Assembly: GCA_033763315.1 (NCBI GenBank)
Contig: JANRKS010000011.1
Span: forward strand, 64,001-128,000
Length of the DNA stretch: 64,000 bases
Source: Deltaproteobacteria bacterium
Lineage (GTDB): Bacteria; Myxococcota_A; Polyangia; Fen-1088
Reading direction: 5' to 3'
Position numbers and translations under genes: made by a program. The notes under the pieces are model-generated. The model saw only the letters and a program-made list of their open reading frames with translations, was not told where the DNA came from and made no database searches. Positions within the stretch are counted from its first letter, which is position 1. Each line of letters opens with the position of its first letter. Below are positions 44,622-55,185 of this stretch, piece after piece.

Positions 44622-45352
44622 AAGCGGCTTCCGTACGCCACGCCAAACACGAACACATCACCAAACACCGAAGTTGCCACACCATCTTTGCCCGCGAAGC
44701 GGGGGTTGCTGGTCATGGCGAAGTAATTGACGTGCAGATCGAGATAGCTTTGCCCTGCGATTGGCACCGCCAAACCACCGGCGACCTGCGCGTACGGACG
44801 GTAGGTGTGCGTGCCGTCGCCATCGAAACCGCGCTCATCGGAGCTGAAGTACCCGATGGCCACGCCGCCGCCCACGCCCACCCAGGGTTGAACGTATGGC
44901 ACGGCAAGCTTGGCGATTTGCAAGGCACCGAAGGTGTTCTCTGAGCCCAAACGCTGGCCGCCAAATTTTTCCTCCACGCCCCGCTCGTTGATGCGGTACC
45001 CGGCCACGTTTTTGCGGTGGTGGGCGTAGCCGAAATCCAAGGCGGTGGCCAGCTCCACTTGGTGCCACAGCATGGCCCAACGCACCCCCAGGGTGAAGCC
45101 CACGCCAAACCCCACCGTGGGGCCCAGATCCACAGAAGGGCGTGTGGTCAAACGCAAGGCCGCTTCGGCAAACACGCGCGGCGGCAAAGGGCGAAGATCA
45201 AGCTGCGTGTTCTCACCGCCCGGGGCCGCCTCCCATGGGGGGGCCGCAGGTCCAGGATCACCTGGGCCGGCTGCGGGCGCGGGTTCGGCTTGGGCAAACA
45301 GCGCCGATGGAGGGAGCAATACGGCCAGGGCCGATACACACAGAAAAGCCAC
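44618..45352 (-). CDS. Outer-membrane beta-barrel protein
   Basis: Signal peptide, Pro linker, about 8 amphipathic strands (QPWVGVGGG). Confidence 0.6.
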   Translation of the reverse strand: MAFLCVSALAVLLPPSALFAQAEPAPAAGPGDPGPAAPPWEAAPGGENTQLDLRPLPPRVFAEAALRLTTRPSVDLGPTVGFGVGFTLGVRWAMLWHQVELATALDFGYAHHRKNVAGYRINERGVEEKFGGQRLGSENTFGALQIAKLAVPYVQPWVGVGGGVAIGYFSSDERGFDGDGTHTYRPYAQVAGGLAVPIAGQSYLDLHVNYFAMTSNPRFAGKDGVATSVFGDVFVFGVAYGSRL

Positions 45353-45443
45353 GTGCCTTCACCCTAATGAGCGCCGCGCGGTGTGTCCATAGCGGGCCGG
45401 CGGTTTGCGTTTGGCCCCCGCATCGGGTAAGCGGGCAGTGCTG

Positions 45444-46667
45444 ATGTCAACCACTTCACCTGCCGCTGCTTCCTCTGTTGCTCCCAATTCCACGCCCACA
45501 GCCCAGGTGACTTTGCGCAAAGGCAAGGCACGCCCGTTGTGGTTCGGGCACCCTTGGGTCTACGCCAATGCGGTGGAAAAGGTGGCGGGAACCCCTGAGC
45601 CGGGCGACGTCATTTCATTGCTGGATACCGACGGGCGCTTCATTGGGCAGGGCTTGTGGAACGTGCGCTCGCAAATCCCGGTGCGTTTGCTCTCGCGCGA
45701 AGATGAACCCATCAATGACGCGTTTTTTCTGCGGCGCATTCGCGAGGCGCAAGCGCGCCGCACCGCCTTGGGCCTGCCCAACGCCAACACAAACGTCTAT
45801 CGCTTGGTCAACAGCGAGGGCGATCATCTTCCGGGCTTAGTGGTGGACGTGTATGGCGACGCGGTGTCGGTGCAGATCACCACGTTGGGTTTGTTCATGC
45901 GACGGGCTGCCATCTACGACGCTTTACAAACCGTCCTTGCGCCCAAAACAATCTTTCAGGTCAACGCAGGCTCTTACGCCGATCTGGAAGGGTTCGCCTG
46001 CAACGCCGAGATCGCGCGCGGGCAGTCGCGCATCAGCGTGCCGTGCGTTGAAGATGGTATTCGTTTGGAAGTGGAGCCGCTGGCCGGCCAGAAGACAGGC
46101 ATGTTCATCGACCAGCGTGTTGCCCGCCAGCGCGTGGGCCAATGGTCCAAGGGCCGTCGCGTTTTAGATTGCTACGCCTACGCGGGCGGCTTCTCTTTGC
46201 AAGCGGCACGAGGTGGCGCCACTGACATCACGGCGGTGGATTCATCCCCCCGCGCCGTGGCCCGCATTGAAGCCCATGCGGCCGCCAACAACGCCACGGT
46301 ACGCGCGGTCGAAGCCGACGTCTTCCGCTTCTTACAAACGGCCACCGCGGGCGCCTATGACTTGGTAATCATCGATCCACCGAAATTTGCCAAGGCTCGC
46401 AAAGATCTGGAAGCCGCGCGCAAAGGCTATGAACGGCTCAACACCCTGGCCTTACGCACGTGTGCGCCGGGGGCGATCTTCGTTTCATGCTCGTGCTCGC
46501 AGAACATCTCAGCCGACGATCTCGAGCGCGTTGTGGCCGCCGCCGCCAAAGCAGCCGGCCGCAATCTCAGCGTGCTGGATCGCCTCGGCCCCGGCCCCGA
46601 TCACTTGCTGCCGCTGTCTTTCACCGAAGGCCAATACCTCAAAGTTTTGTTCTCCTACGTGGACTGA
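45444..46667 (+). CDS. rlmI: 23S rRNA m5C methyltransferase, RlmI-like
   Basis: GHPWVY, SEGD.LPGL.VD.Y, GQKTG.F.DQR, DPPKF, SCS. Confidence 0.85.
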   Translation: MSTTSPAAASSVAPNSTPTAQVTLRKGKARPLWFGHPWVYANAVEKVAGTPEPGDVISLLDTDGRFIGQGLWNVRSQIPVRLLSREDEPINDAFFLRRIREAQARRTALGLPNANTNVYRLVNSEGDHLPGLVVDVYGDAVSVQITTLGLFMRRAAIYDALQTVLAPKTIFQVNAGSYADLEGFACNAEIARGQSRISVPCVEDGIRLEVEPLAGQKTGMFIDQRVARQRVGQWSKGRRVLDCYAYAGGFSLQAARGGATDITAVDSSPRAVARIEAHAAANNATVRAVEADVFRFLQTATAGAYDLVIIDPPKFAKARKDLEAARKGYERLNTLALRTCAPGAIFVSCSCSQNISADDLERVVAAAAKAAGRNLSVLDRLGPGPDHLLPLSFTEGQYLKVLFSYVD

Positions 46668-46755
46668 ACGCATACGCAGTTCCTTGCCGTTGCGGGCTGA
46701 TCACGCATGCGTCGCTCTGTCGAGAAATTTCTTTTTGCCTTTATTTGAGGGTCTA

Positions 46756-47058
46756 ATGCAGGCTTCTCAACAAACAGGCGAAGTCATGACTCAATCGATC
46801 AAGCTACGTGCAGTGCTCGAAGGCGACGATATGATGGTTGCGGTGGAAGGCGGATACATCCGTCGCGCCGCCCCTGAAGATGGCTTGGTGGTGGCCACCG
46901 GTGCGGACGAGATGTTCCTTCCCGAAGGCAAGATCGTGGAAGCCTTGCGGGCGTTGCAAACCGCGCGCGACGGCGACAAAGCGGCCAAGCCCGCCAAACG
47001 TGCGTCGCAGATGGAATTGACCGCGGCGCCCGTCAAGAAAATCAGCGGTGGCTCGTAA
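46756..47058 (+). CDS. Small hypothetical protein
   Basis: GAGG RBS, 100 aa, fills the gap between rlmI and the GH20 gene. Confidence 0.65.
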   Translation: MQASQQTGEVMTQSIKLRAVLEGDDMMVAVEGGYIRRAAPEDGLVVATGADEMFLPEGKIVEALRALQTARDGDKAAKPAKRASQMELTAAPVKKISGGS

Positions 47059-47061
47059 GCG

Positions 47062-49344
47062 ATGCGTCTTGCCGGCAGCGTGCTTGTGGCCGCGCTGCTG
47101 CTGCCGTGTGCGCGCGTAGCCTTCGCGGAACCGGCGCTGTTCCCTTGGCCGCAGCGCTACGAAGTGAAGGCGGGTGTTGCGCTGTTGTCGCCTCAAAGCG
47201 CTGTACAAAGCGATGACGATGCCCTCTTGCCGTTGGCAAAACGATTGGCAGAAGAGCTTCAGTCGCTGGCTGGTTCCAGCTCTGCTGCCGCAGGCGTCCC
47301 GATCCAGCTGGCGTTGACGAAGGCGAATGCCAATCCCGAAGGCTACGCGCTTTTCATCACGCCTCGTCGTGTGCGGATCGAGGCAGCGAGTGCCGCGGGC
47401 GTGTTTTACGGCACACGCACGCTTTTGCAGTTGCTGCTCCCTCACAAGGCACCTTGGCGGGTGCCAGCCGCACACATCCAAGACGCGCCTCGCTTTGCGC
47501 ATCGGGGCATGCTGTTCGACGTCGCTCGTCACTTTTATACAGTGAGCGAGCTTGAACGCTTCTTGGACCTGCTGGCGGCTTACAAGCTTAACGTTTTTCA
47601 CTGGCACCTCAGCGATGATCAGGGGTGGCGCTTGCAGATCTCGTCGCGGCCCAAGCTTGGGCAGATAGCCGCGTTTCGCGAGGATCGCCGGCAGGAGCGC
47701 TTTGCTTTGCCCGCGGAATTGCGTGCACCGCTGCCTGCCACCGTTCCGCTTTATGGCGGATTCTATACAGAAGCCGACGTGCGTCGGGTTGTGGCCTACG
47801 CCGCTGCCCGGCATATCACAGTGATTCCGGAGCTGGATTGGCCGGGCCACTCGCAAGCGGCGTTGGCCGCCTATCCAGACCTTTCATGCGCCGAGGGAAA
47901 AACATACAAAGTGGCGCCTGGGGCGGTGTACCCGTTTTCCGATCCCCTGTGCCCCTGCAAGCCGGGCACGATGAAGTTCGTCGACGAAGTGCTGGCGGTT
48001 GTGGTGGCCTTGTTCCCCGGTCCATTCATTCACATCGGCGGCGACGAAGTGAACACGCAGTCATGGAACACGCCTGTGTGCGAACGTTTTCGTCAAGCGC
48101 ATGGACTTACCGACAACAAGGCACTGCAAACTTACTTTGTGTCTCAGGTAGCCGCGGCCGTGGTGGCGCATGGGCGCCAGCCCATTGTGTGGCAAGAGGC
48201 CGCGGAGCACGGCGTTCCACCGCGCACAACCACCATGGCCTGGCTAAGCGCGGCTCCGGTGGGAACGCTGGCGAATGCAGGTCACGATGTGATCAACGTT
48301 GATTCATCGGTGTTCTACTTTGATAAGGGCAATGCCGACGAGGGCCCAGGCTACGCCGGGTGGCGAAAGGTTTACCGCTACAACCCGCTGCCTCGCACGT
48401 TGCTGCCGGGGGCGTACGCACATGTTCTAGGCGTGCAAGGCGCCTTGTGGACTGAGATGGTGCAAACGTTCGCCAAGGTGCAGACGTCCGTTCTACCCCG
48501 CGTGGCCGCGCTGGCGGAGGTTGCCTGGTCACAGCCACCCCTGCGCACCACCACGGCGCCCGCACGTTTGCGCGCGCATCTGGCGTGGCTGGCGGGGCAG
48601 GGCTTCGCGGCGTTTGTGCCTCTGCCGCTGGGCGTGCCCGCGCGAAAAGTGTTTTTGCGAAACACGCGCGTGCAACTCAAAGCACCCGAACCGGGATTCG
48701 ACGTGCACTACACAACCGATGGCGCCGACCCCACGGCGGCTTCGCCGCTTGCGGCGCGCGCGTTGCTCATCAATGCAAGCACCACACTCAAAGCCCGCAC
48801 GATTTTGCGCGGTCATGGCACGGCTATGAGCGATGTGCTCACCGCGAACCTTGTGCGTGCTGTGCCGGCGGCTGCCAAGGCGGTGGATGCCTCGGCGCCC
48901 GGTTTGCTGTGGTCATACCACCCGGGTCGCACAGCGGATGCTCGTCACGCCACGATGAACCCGCCCACGAAAACAGGCGTCATCGAAGCCGCCGGGTTGC
49001 CGGCAGAGCTGCGTGGCCTCAACACCTTTGGTTTGATCGAGTCGGGCCTTGTAACCGTTGCCCAAACCGGCGTTCACACGTTCTGCACCACCTCGAACGA
49101 TGGCAGCGTGCTGTTCATCAACGATGAGGCCATCGTCGAGAACGATTTCATCCATGGCGAACGCACCCGCTGTGGCGAGGTGGCTTTGGCCGCGGGGGCG
49201 CATGCGTTCAAGCTGCTTTATTTCGAGGATTTTGACCGTGAAGCGCTCAGCGTCAGCCACGCCTTCGGCGACGCGCCACCACAGCCGCTGCCCTCGGCGG
49301 CTTATAGCCACACCCCGGACGCGAAGGCCGGTCTGCTACCTTAA
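47062..49344 (+). CDS. GH20 beta-N-acetylhexosaminidase with Fn3-associated and PA14 domains
   Basis: D.PRF.HRG...DVARHF, HWHLSDDQGW, HIGGDE, YTTDG.DP, SNDGS.L.I. Confidence 0.93.
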   Translation: MRLAGSVLVAALLLPCARVAFAEPALFPWPQRYEVKAGVALLSPQSAVQSDDDALLPLAKRLAEELQSLAGSSSAAAGVPIQLALTKANANPEGYALFITPRRVRIEAASAAGVFYGTRTLLQLLLPHKAPWRVPAAHIQDAPRFAHRGMLFDVARHFYTVSELERFLDLLAAYKLNVFHWHLSDDQGWRLQISSRPKLGQIAAFREDRRQERFALPAELRAPLPATVPLYGGFYTEADVRRVVAYAAARHITVIPELDWPGHSQAALAAYPDLSCAEGKTYKVAPGAVYPFSDPLCPCKPGTMKFVDEVLAVVVALFPGPFIHIGGDEVNTQSWNTPVCERFRQAHGLTDNKALQTYFVSQVAAAVVAHGRQPIVWQEAAEHGVPPRTTTMAWLSAAPVGTLANAGHDVINVDSSVFYFDKGNADEGPGYAGWRKVYRYNPLPRTLLPGAYAHVLGVQGALWTEMVQTFAKVQTSVLPRVAALAEVAWSQPPLRTTTAPARLRAHLAWLAGQGFAAFVPLPLGVPARKVFLRNTRVQLKAPEPGFDVHYTTDGADPTAASPLAARALLINASTTLKARTILRGHGTAMSDVLTANLVRAVPAAAKAVDASAPGLLWSYHPGRTADARHATMNPPTKTGVIEAAGLPAELRGLNTFGLIESGLVTVAQTGVHTFCTTSNDGSVLFINDEAIVENDFIHGERTRCGEVALAAGAHAFKLLYFEDFDREALSVSHAFGDAPPQPLPSAAYSHTPDAKAGLLP

Positions 49345-49351
49345 GGCGCTG

Positions 49352-50800
49352 ATGATCGAATCAGAGACACACAAAGCATCGTTCGGAGAGATCGCGCGTA
49401 AAGTGGCCGAGGACGAGGGTTTCGTCCTGCAGTTCCCCGCCAGCGAGCCGGCTTTGCCCTACGGAACGAATGACGAAGACGCCCGCGATGAACGCCACTT
49501 GTTGTGGTCGTCGATCGACAACATCGAGTCCACAGATCTGGATCAAGTGGAGGTGGGCGAGCGTCTGGCGAACGACGTCATCCGCATGCGCATCGCCATC
49601 GCCGACGTCGATGAGATGGTGCCCGCAGGCACAGCGCTGGATCACCACGCGGCCCGCAACACGTGCTCGCTTTATGCTGGCCCCGTGACGTTTCCCATGT
49701 TGCCTGACGAGCTTTCAAGCGGCGCCACGTCGTTGCTGCCAGGCGTGGATCGGCTGGCCATTGTCACGCAGATCGATGTGGCGCCTGATGGCAGCTTGCA
49801 AGGCATCGACGTTTACCGCGCGTGGGTGCGCAACGCCGCAAAGCTGGTTTATGGCGAGGTCGGCGCGTGGCTTGAAGGGCAAGGTCCCGCCCCCGCCGCA
49901 CTGGCCAACAGCGCCGCCTTGCAAGAGCAAGTGCACATGCACGATGAAGCGGCTCAGCGTTTGCGACGGCGTCGCATCGAGCACGGCGCGCTTGAGCTTG
50001 AAACCCCCGAAGCCCGCCCCGTGACCAAAGACGGGCAAATTGTGGCGTTAAAAGTGATGGAACGCGATCGCGCGCGCACCACGATTGAAGATTTGATGAT
50101 CGCCGCCAACGGCGCCACAGCGCGGTTTCTGGAGGATCGCCGTGTGGCTTCAATCCGTCGCGTGGTGCGCGCCCCCAAGCGTTGGGATCGCATCGTGCAG
50201 CTGGCAGCCACGCGCGGCACCGTCTTGCCGGAGACGCCGCACCCTGTGGCGCTGTCGGAGTTCTTGCAGCAACAACGGGCCGCCAGCCCACAGACGTACT
50301 CGGAACTTTCACTCAGCGTTGTGAAGCTGTTGGGACCCGGTGAATACGCTGTGGCCGATCCAGATAGCCCCGACGGGCACTTTGGCTTGGCGGTTGAAGA
50401 TTACGCGCACTCGACCGCCCCCAACCGCCGGTATGGCGATTTGGTCACGCAGCGAATCTTAAAAGCCACCGCGGCACAGGCGGCGCAGCCTTATGATGTG
50501 GCCACACTGTGGCGCATCGCTGATCGTTGCACTGAAGCGGAGAACCACGCCCGCGCGTTTGAACGCACGATGCGCAAGGTGGCGGCGGCCTTGTTCCTAT
50601 CCACGCGCATCGGCGAAACGTTTGAGGCGGTGGTCACGGGGCGCGGGCCCAAGGGCGTGTTCGTGCGCTTGTTGGATCCGCCCGCCGAAGGGCGCGTGGT
50701 CAAGGGTGAAGCCGATCTCGACGTGGGTGATCACACGCGCGTGCGCTTGGTTGCAACAGAGCCGAGCCGCGGCTTTATCGATTTCGTTGCCGCACCTTAA
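49352..50800 (+). CDS. RNB-domain exoribonuclease (short RNase II/R family)
   Basis: SIDNIESTDLDQ, IADV, IEDLMIAAN, HSTAPNRRYGDL, C-terminal S1 domain. Confidence 0.92.
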   Translation: MIESETHKASFGEIARKVAEDEGFVLQFPASEPALPYGTNDEDARDERHLLWSSIDNIESTDLDQVEVGERLANDVIRMRIAIADVDEMVPAGTALDHHAARNTCSLYAGPVTFPMLPDELSSGATSLLPGVDRLAIVTQIDVAPDGSLQGIDVYRAWVRNAAKLVYGEVGAWLEGQGPAPAALANSAALQEQVHMHDEAAQRLRRRRIEHGALELETPEARPVTKDGQIVALKVMERDRARTTIEDLMIAANGATARFLEDRRVASIRRVVRAPKRWDRIVQLAATRGTVLPETPHPVALSEFLQQQRAASPQTYSELSLSVVKLLGPGEYAVADPDSPDGHFGLAVEDYAHSTAPNRRYGDLVTQRILKATAAQAAQPYDVATLWRIADRCTEAENHARAFERTMRKVAAALFLSTRIGETFEAVVTGRGPKGVFVRLLDPPAEGRVVKGEADLDVGDHTRVRLVATEPSRGFIDFVAAP

Positions 50801-51846
50801 GGCTCACCCAGTCCCCGCGACACACCGAACCACAATTCGGAATGTGTGATCACGTCGATCACCAGCAAGGCTTCCGCCGTGGCGCGTGTGCGATCCACGC
50901 CTGCGGCCACCAGGGCCTTCTGCACCTGGCACGCGATCGCCAAGCGCGTGGCCAAATCAGTGCGGTGCTGCGCAAAGCTGCCGTCTTGCACCCACCGCAG
51001 CGACCACACTTCATCGGCCAGCCAATCCGCCAGCATCACGTCGCTCGATTGCGGCGCTGCTTGCACGCGGCGTTCGCCGGCATCGAAAAAACGCGCCCAC
51101 GGTCGCTCTAAGCGCGGAATGGCGGCGCCATCCAACGCCGCGCCGATGGCGTGGCCCACACAGCTTTTCGCCGTCTCGAAGCTGGAGCCGTCTTTGGCGA
51201 CTTTCAGTTTCGCGGCCAGCTTGTTCCAAGCGAAGCCGGGTGCGAACGCGGGTGCCGCCAAAGCCGCCGCAAGATCATGCGTGGTTTGCAACTTATGCAG
51301 CCATTGCGCCTCGATGGTGCACCATTCGCTAAAGCGCACACGTTGTTTGCCAGCCACCCGAAGCAGGCCGGCCACCGCGTAATCGGGCGCCAGTGGTGCT
51401 TCCGGAATCACGATCTCCTGCGTGACCGCTTCCACAGTAAGCGGAGGGCGTGGGCCTAAGGTGCGGCACGGGCACCGGTGCGGCGTGACCACGCGCAGCC
51501 CGGCAGGCGTTTGCACCAAATTGAATGGAAACCGGCGGCACGTGGCCGGCTTGGCCGTCACCCCCAGTTCGGCGTGCACCCGGCACAAATGATCGTCACG
51601 CAAAAACACGCAACCGCCACTTTGCGTGCGAAAGGCCAATCCTTTCACCGAGGCGTCCGGCGCTGCGGGCTGCGCATGCAAGGCGCGCAACGGCACAAGT
51701 TCCGCCGGTGTTATGGGGCCCAAAACGTGCACGTCCGAACAGCACACACCATCGGCCTGGCACACAAACCGCGCGCCCGGTCGCACCAACAGTGGTTGGC
51801 GCCGTGTGGGCTGCAGGAGGGCAGCGGGGCGTGGGGCGGACGGCAC
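50797..51846 (-). CDS. YkgJ/FliB-like cysteine-cluster protein
   Basis: C..DG.CC, C.FL....C.VH...G...KP.TC..FP; start uncertain. Confidence 0.8.
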   Translation of the reverse strand: MPSAPRPAALLQPTRRQPLLVRPGARFVCQADGVCCSDVHVLGPITPAELVPLRALHAQPAAPDASVKGLAFRTQSGGCVFLRDDHLCRVHAELGVTAKPATCRRFPFNLVQTPAGLRVVTPHRCPCRTLGPRPPLTVEAVTQEIVIPEAPLAPDYAVAGLLRVAGKQRVRFSEWCTIEAQWLHKLQTTHDLAAALAAPAFAPGFAWNKLAAKLKVAKDGSSFETAKSCVGHAIGAALDGAAIPRLERPWARFFDAGERRVQAAPQSSDVMLADWLADEVWSLRWVQDGSFAQHRTDLATRLAIACQVQKALVAAGVDRTRATAEALLVIDVITHSELWFGVSRGLGEP

Positions 51847-51953
51847 GTTTGGGTTCTTATCGGATTCGCCCGGCCTGTAAACACCCGCCAAACCGGCGGC
51901 TTGGGGGAACGATGGTTGCCGAAGTTGGGCCGTTGGAGTAAACGAACCCTTCC

Positions 51954-53156
51954 ATGTCGCAAGAAGAGTCCCCGGAAGACTTCGCCAGCCTGTTTGCGGA
52001 GTACGAGAAGAACCAACAAAAGCCCAAACGCCGCGAGCCTCGCGTGGGCGACTCAGTCTCGGGGAAAGTGCTTTCCGTGGGCCGCGACGGCGCCTTTGTG
52101 GATCTGGGCTTGGGGAACGTGGAAGCGCTGCTGGCATTGGACGACATCCGCGATGCCAAAGGCAACGTGAACGTCAAAGTGGGCGACGAGATCAAAGCCC
52201 GCGTGGTGGAAACCGCCGGAAAAACGGGTTGCATCGTGCTTCGTCGATCGATGGCCAAAGGTGCGGCTGGTTCGGCCGAACTGGCGCAAGCGGCGCAGCT
52301 GGGTTTGGCCGTGGAGGGCACCGTGACCGCCGTGAACAAAGGCGGCGTGGATGTGCTCGTGGCCGGTACGCGGGGCTTTTGCCCGATCTCGCAGCTTGAT
52401 TTGCGCCACGTCGAAGACGCCACGCCTTACGTTGGCCAAAAGTATCAGTTCAAGATCACGAAGTACGAAGGCGACAGCCGCGGCGTCAACATCGTTCTGT
52501 CTCGTCGTGCGCTGCAGGAAGAAAGCCGCCGCTCACAGGCCGAAGGCACACGCGCCAAGTTGGCCGTGGGCAACGTCATGCCCGGCGTGGTTTCGTCGCT
52601 GCGCGACTTTGGCGCCTTCATCGACATTGGCGGCATCGACGGTCTGCTGCCGGCTTCTGAGATCAGCCACCAGCGCGGCACAAAGCCCAGCGACGTGCTG
52701 GCCGTGGGGCAGGAGCTTGAGGTGCAGGTGCTCCGCATCGAGAAGACCGACGATCCGAAGCGCCCCGAAAAGATCTCGTTGTCGCTCAAATCGCTGGCCC
52801 GCGATCCTTGGCAGGATGTGGCCGATCGCTTGGCCCCGGGCTCCAAAGTGCAGGCCAAGGTGGCTCGCGTAGAATCGTTTGGCGCCTTCGTCGAGTTGGC
52901 GCCCGGCATCGAAGGCCTCGCTCACATCAGTGAGCTCTCGGGCGGCCGCCAAGCCAAGCACGCACGCGAGGTGGTCAAGCCTGGCGACGTGATCGAGGTA
53001 ACGGTGCTCTCGGTGGATCGGGAGAAACGCCGCATTGCCTTGGGCACGGGCGAACGCGAAGACGTGGTGGATGCCGAAGACATTGCGGCCGCCAAACGTG
53101 CTGCACCCGATCGTTTGGGCACCTTGGGCGATCTGTTCAAGAACCTTAAGCGCTAA
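51954..53156 (+). CDS. Ribosomal protein S1-like, four S1 domains (probable rpsA paralog)
   Basis: Repeated FGAFVD/E...GL..ISE motifs; C-terminal GTLGDL. Confidence 0.88.
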   Translation: MSQEESPEDFASLFAEYEKNQQKPKRREPRVGDSVSGKVLSVGRDGAFVDLGLGNVEALLALDDIRDAKGNVNVKVGDEIKARVVETAGKTGCIVLRRSMAKGAAGSAELAQAAQLGLAVEGTVTAVNKGGVDVLVAGTRGFCPISQLDLRHVEDATPYVGQKYQFKITKYEGDSRGVNIVLSRRALQEESRRSQAEGTRAKLAVGNVMPGVVSSLRDFGAFIDIGGIDGLLPASEISHQRGTKPSDVLAVGQELEVQVLRIEKTDDPKRPEKISLSLKSLARDPWQDVADRLAPGSKVQAKVARVESFGAFVELAPGIEGLAHISELSGGRQAKHAREVVKPGDVIEVTVLSVDREKRRIALGTGEREDVVDAEDIAAAKRAAPDRLGTLGDLFKNLKR

Positions 53157-53524
53157 GGCAGCGGCGTCACTTCGGTGGGGCTGCTTTGCATCGTGACGAT
53201 GTAATAAGCCAACATCGCCAGGATCATCACCAGCGACACCCATTCGAATGGGATGCGCCCGAACAACAAAAACCGCTTGCCGAAAAAGCGACCGCGCGAA
53301 CGCTGGCGAATTTGCTGCTGGACGTCTTGCAAGAACGTGGGCGGCGCGGCGTGCTTGAGTTGGCTGAGGCTCGCCACGGCCGCGCGCAGCTCGTCTAAGG
53401 CGGCGGCACAGGCGGCGCACGCTTTCACCTCCGCCATCACGGCCCGGCGTTGTTCGTCGCTTAACTCGTTGTCAAGCAGAGCCGAAAACTCAGCTTGGGT
53501 GCTTTCGCAATTGTGATCACTCAT
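53153..53524 (-). CDS. Anti-sigma factor (zf-HC2-like) with TM segment
   Basis: C....SA.LD.EL...CxxC (expected His absent); ATGA coupling to the sigma gene. Confidence 0.8.
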   Translation of the reverse strand: MSDHNCESTQAEFSALLDNELSDEQRRAVMAEVKACAACAAALDELRAAVASLSQLKHAAPPTFLQDVQQQIRQRSRGRFFGKRFLLFGRIPFEWVSLVMILAMLAYYIVTMQSSPTEVTPLP

Positions 53525-54096
53525 CGCGTGTGTGCTTCTAACAAGGCCTTCAAAGTGATGCGCGCGCGGTGCAGCCGCGATTTCACGGTGCCCTCCGGCA
53601 AGCCCGTGATCTCACAAATTTCATCGTAGGCCAGCTCTTCCACGTCGCGCAGCAAGATCAGCAAACGCTGATCTTCGTCCAATTTGGCGATGGCCTTTTC
53701 CAGCAACGAGCCCAGCTCGGCGGCCTCCATCATCACGTCGGGAGCCACCATGTGGCCTGGCACCGAACGTTGCTGGCTGAGCGCCACCTCCTCGTCGTCG
53801 GCTTCCTCGGCGCCCACGCCCGGTCGTCGTGATAAGTACTTGATGCGGTTCTTGGCGTGATTCGCGGCGATGCGAAGCAGCCATGTGGAGAACTTGGATT
53901 CGGCGCGAAACGTCTCGATGCTCTTGAACACCGTGACGAACACCTCCTGCGCGATGTCCTCAGCCTCGCTGCGGTTGCCCACAAAGCGAAACACAAGGTT
54001 GAACACGCGATCACCGTAAAGCTTTACGATGTGGGAGAAAGCTTCTTCGTCTCGCTCACGCAGCCGCGCCAGCAGCAGGCGATCCGAAAGGCTCAT
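53521..54096 (-). CDS. ECF sigma-70 factor
   Basis: AEDIAQEVF, FSTWL.RIA.N, GTVKSRLHRAR. Confidence 0.93.
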   Translation of the reverse strand: MSLSDRLLLARLRERDEEAFSHIVKLYGDRVFNLVFRFVGNRSEAEDIAQEVFVTVFKSIETFRAESKFSTWLLRIAANHAKNRIKYLSRRPGVGAEEADDEEVALSQQRSVPGHMVAPDVMMEAAELGSLLEKAIAKLDEDQRLLILLRDVEELAYDEICEITGLPEGTVKSRLHRARITLKALLEAHTR

Positions 54097-54218
54097 TTCG
54101 GGTGCCACCCGTTGCCGGGACCGTACGCGACGAAAAACCGCCTCCACAGAACAACAGACACCCTTGGGCACCCCAGGTTCCCAGACAATGTGCTTTTCCG
54201 TAAGGCGGCGCGCATGGC

Positions 54219-55184
54219 CTAGCCGGGATCGATCGGCGTGGCCGCAAACAGCCGCAAACTAATTGCAAACACCGTGAATTTCGAACCGCCAGAGATGTCG
54301 CGCGAAAAGCCAATGTCGAGCGCACCCAGTTCCGAAACGGCCGAGGCCCCAGCCGAAAGGTAACCCGCGTCGCGCACACCATTCTTGCCGCCGCCCACGC
54401 GCACGGCCACGCCATTGGGGGTCATGTATTCGGCGCCGCCCATGAGGCTGGTCTTGTTGCCCGCTTTGTCGTCGTACGTGGTGAAATCCACAACGGTGTC
54501 GAATGTCACCGTCACCACAGGCAAAGGCATGAACGTAACCCCGCCACCGGCGCTGAACGGCGTAAGCGGCGTCTTCTGATCGTTGAGGTTATAAACGACC
54601 CCCCCGATCGACAATTGATCCACGGGCCGCACCGTGGCACCAAGGTCAAAGTTGAAGCCTGACAGCTTGTCTTTCTCGCCCGTGACGGTTGGCGCCACCG
54701 CTGGCGATTCCGTCGTGAGCCGCAGGTATTTGATTTGCCCACCCACGAACACGCGTTCGCCAAAGGGCACGGCCAGTGCCACGCCGCCTTCATGCCCCGA
54801 AAGCTTCGAGATCCCCGGCTTGGCGTTTAAATACGTGTAGTACGCGCCGCCCGCGATGCGAAAGGCGGAAGTGGAATCCACGATGGAAAGGTGAGGGCGG
54901 TGCGAAGTTTCGTTCTGTGTGAGCTGGTAGCGTGCCTCCACCGCGTAAGCCCGCGCCAGTCCCATGCCCGATGGATTTAGCATGGGCCCCGCATCGCCCG
55001 TGGCGGCCCCACGCAAGGCGCCCCCCATCCCCAACGCCCGCGTGCTCACGTCCTCGGGCCAAGCCGCCATCGCGTGGCCGCCCAGCGCGGCCAAAAGGCC
55101 CAACGCCAGCAGACCGCTTTGTAAGCTTCGTTTGCTCATGGGAGGCGATTCTAGCTGCACGCGCGCCATCTCGAAGAAATCCAT
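54219..55184 (-). CDS. Outer-membrane beta-barrel (PorV/FadL-like)
   Basis: Signal peptide, RALGMGGA...NPSG motif, amphipathic strands. Confidence 0.7.
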   Translation of the reverse strand: MDFFEMARVQLESPPMSKRSLQSGLLALGLLAALGGHAMAAWPEDVSTRALGMGGALRGAATGDAGPMLNPSGMGLARAYAVEARYQLTQNETSHRPHLSIVDSTSAFRIAGGAYYTYLNAKPGISKLSGHEGGVALAVPFGERVFVGGQIKYLRLTTESPAVAPTVTGEKDKLSGFNFDLGATVRPVDQLSIGGVVYNLNDQKTPLTPFSAGGGVTFMPLPVVTVTFDTVVDFTTYDDKAGNKTSLMGGAEYMTPNGVAVRVGGGKNGVRDAGYLSAGASAVSELGALDIGFSRDISGGSKFTVFAISLRLFAATPIDPG

Positions 55185-55185
55185 C

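Noticed and set aside
46804-47856. 350-aa antisense ORF and many similar 100-300-aa ORFs
   Set aside because: Shadows of well-supported genes in high-GC DNA, with no motifs.
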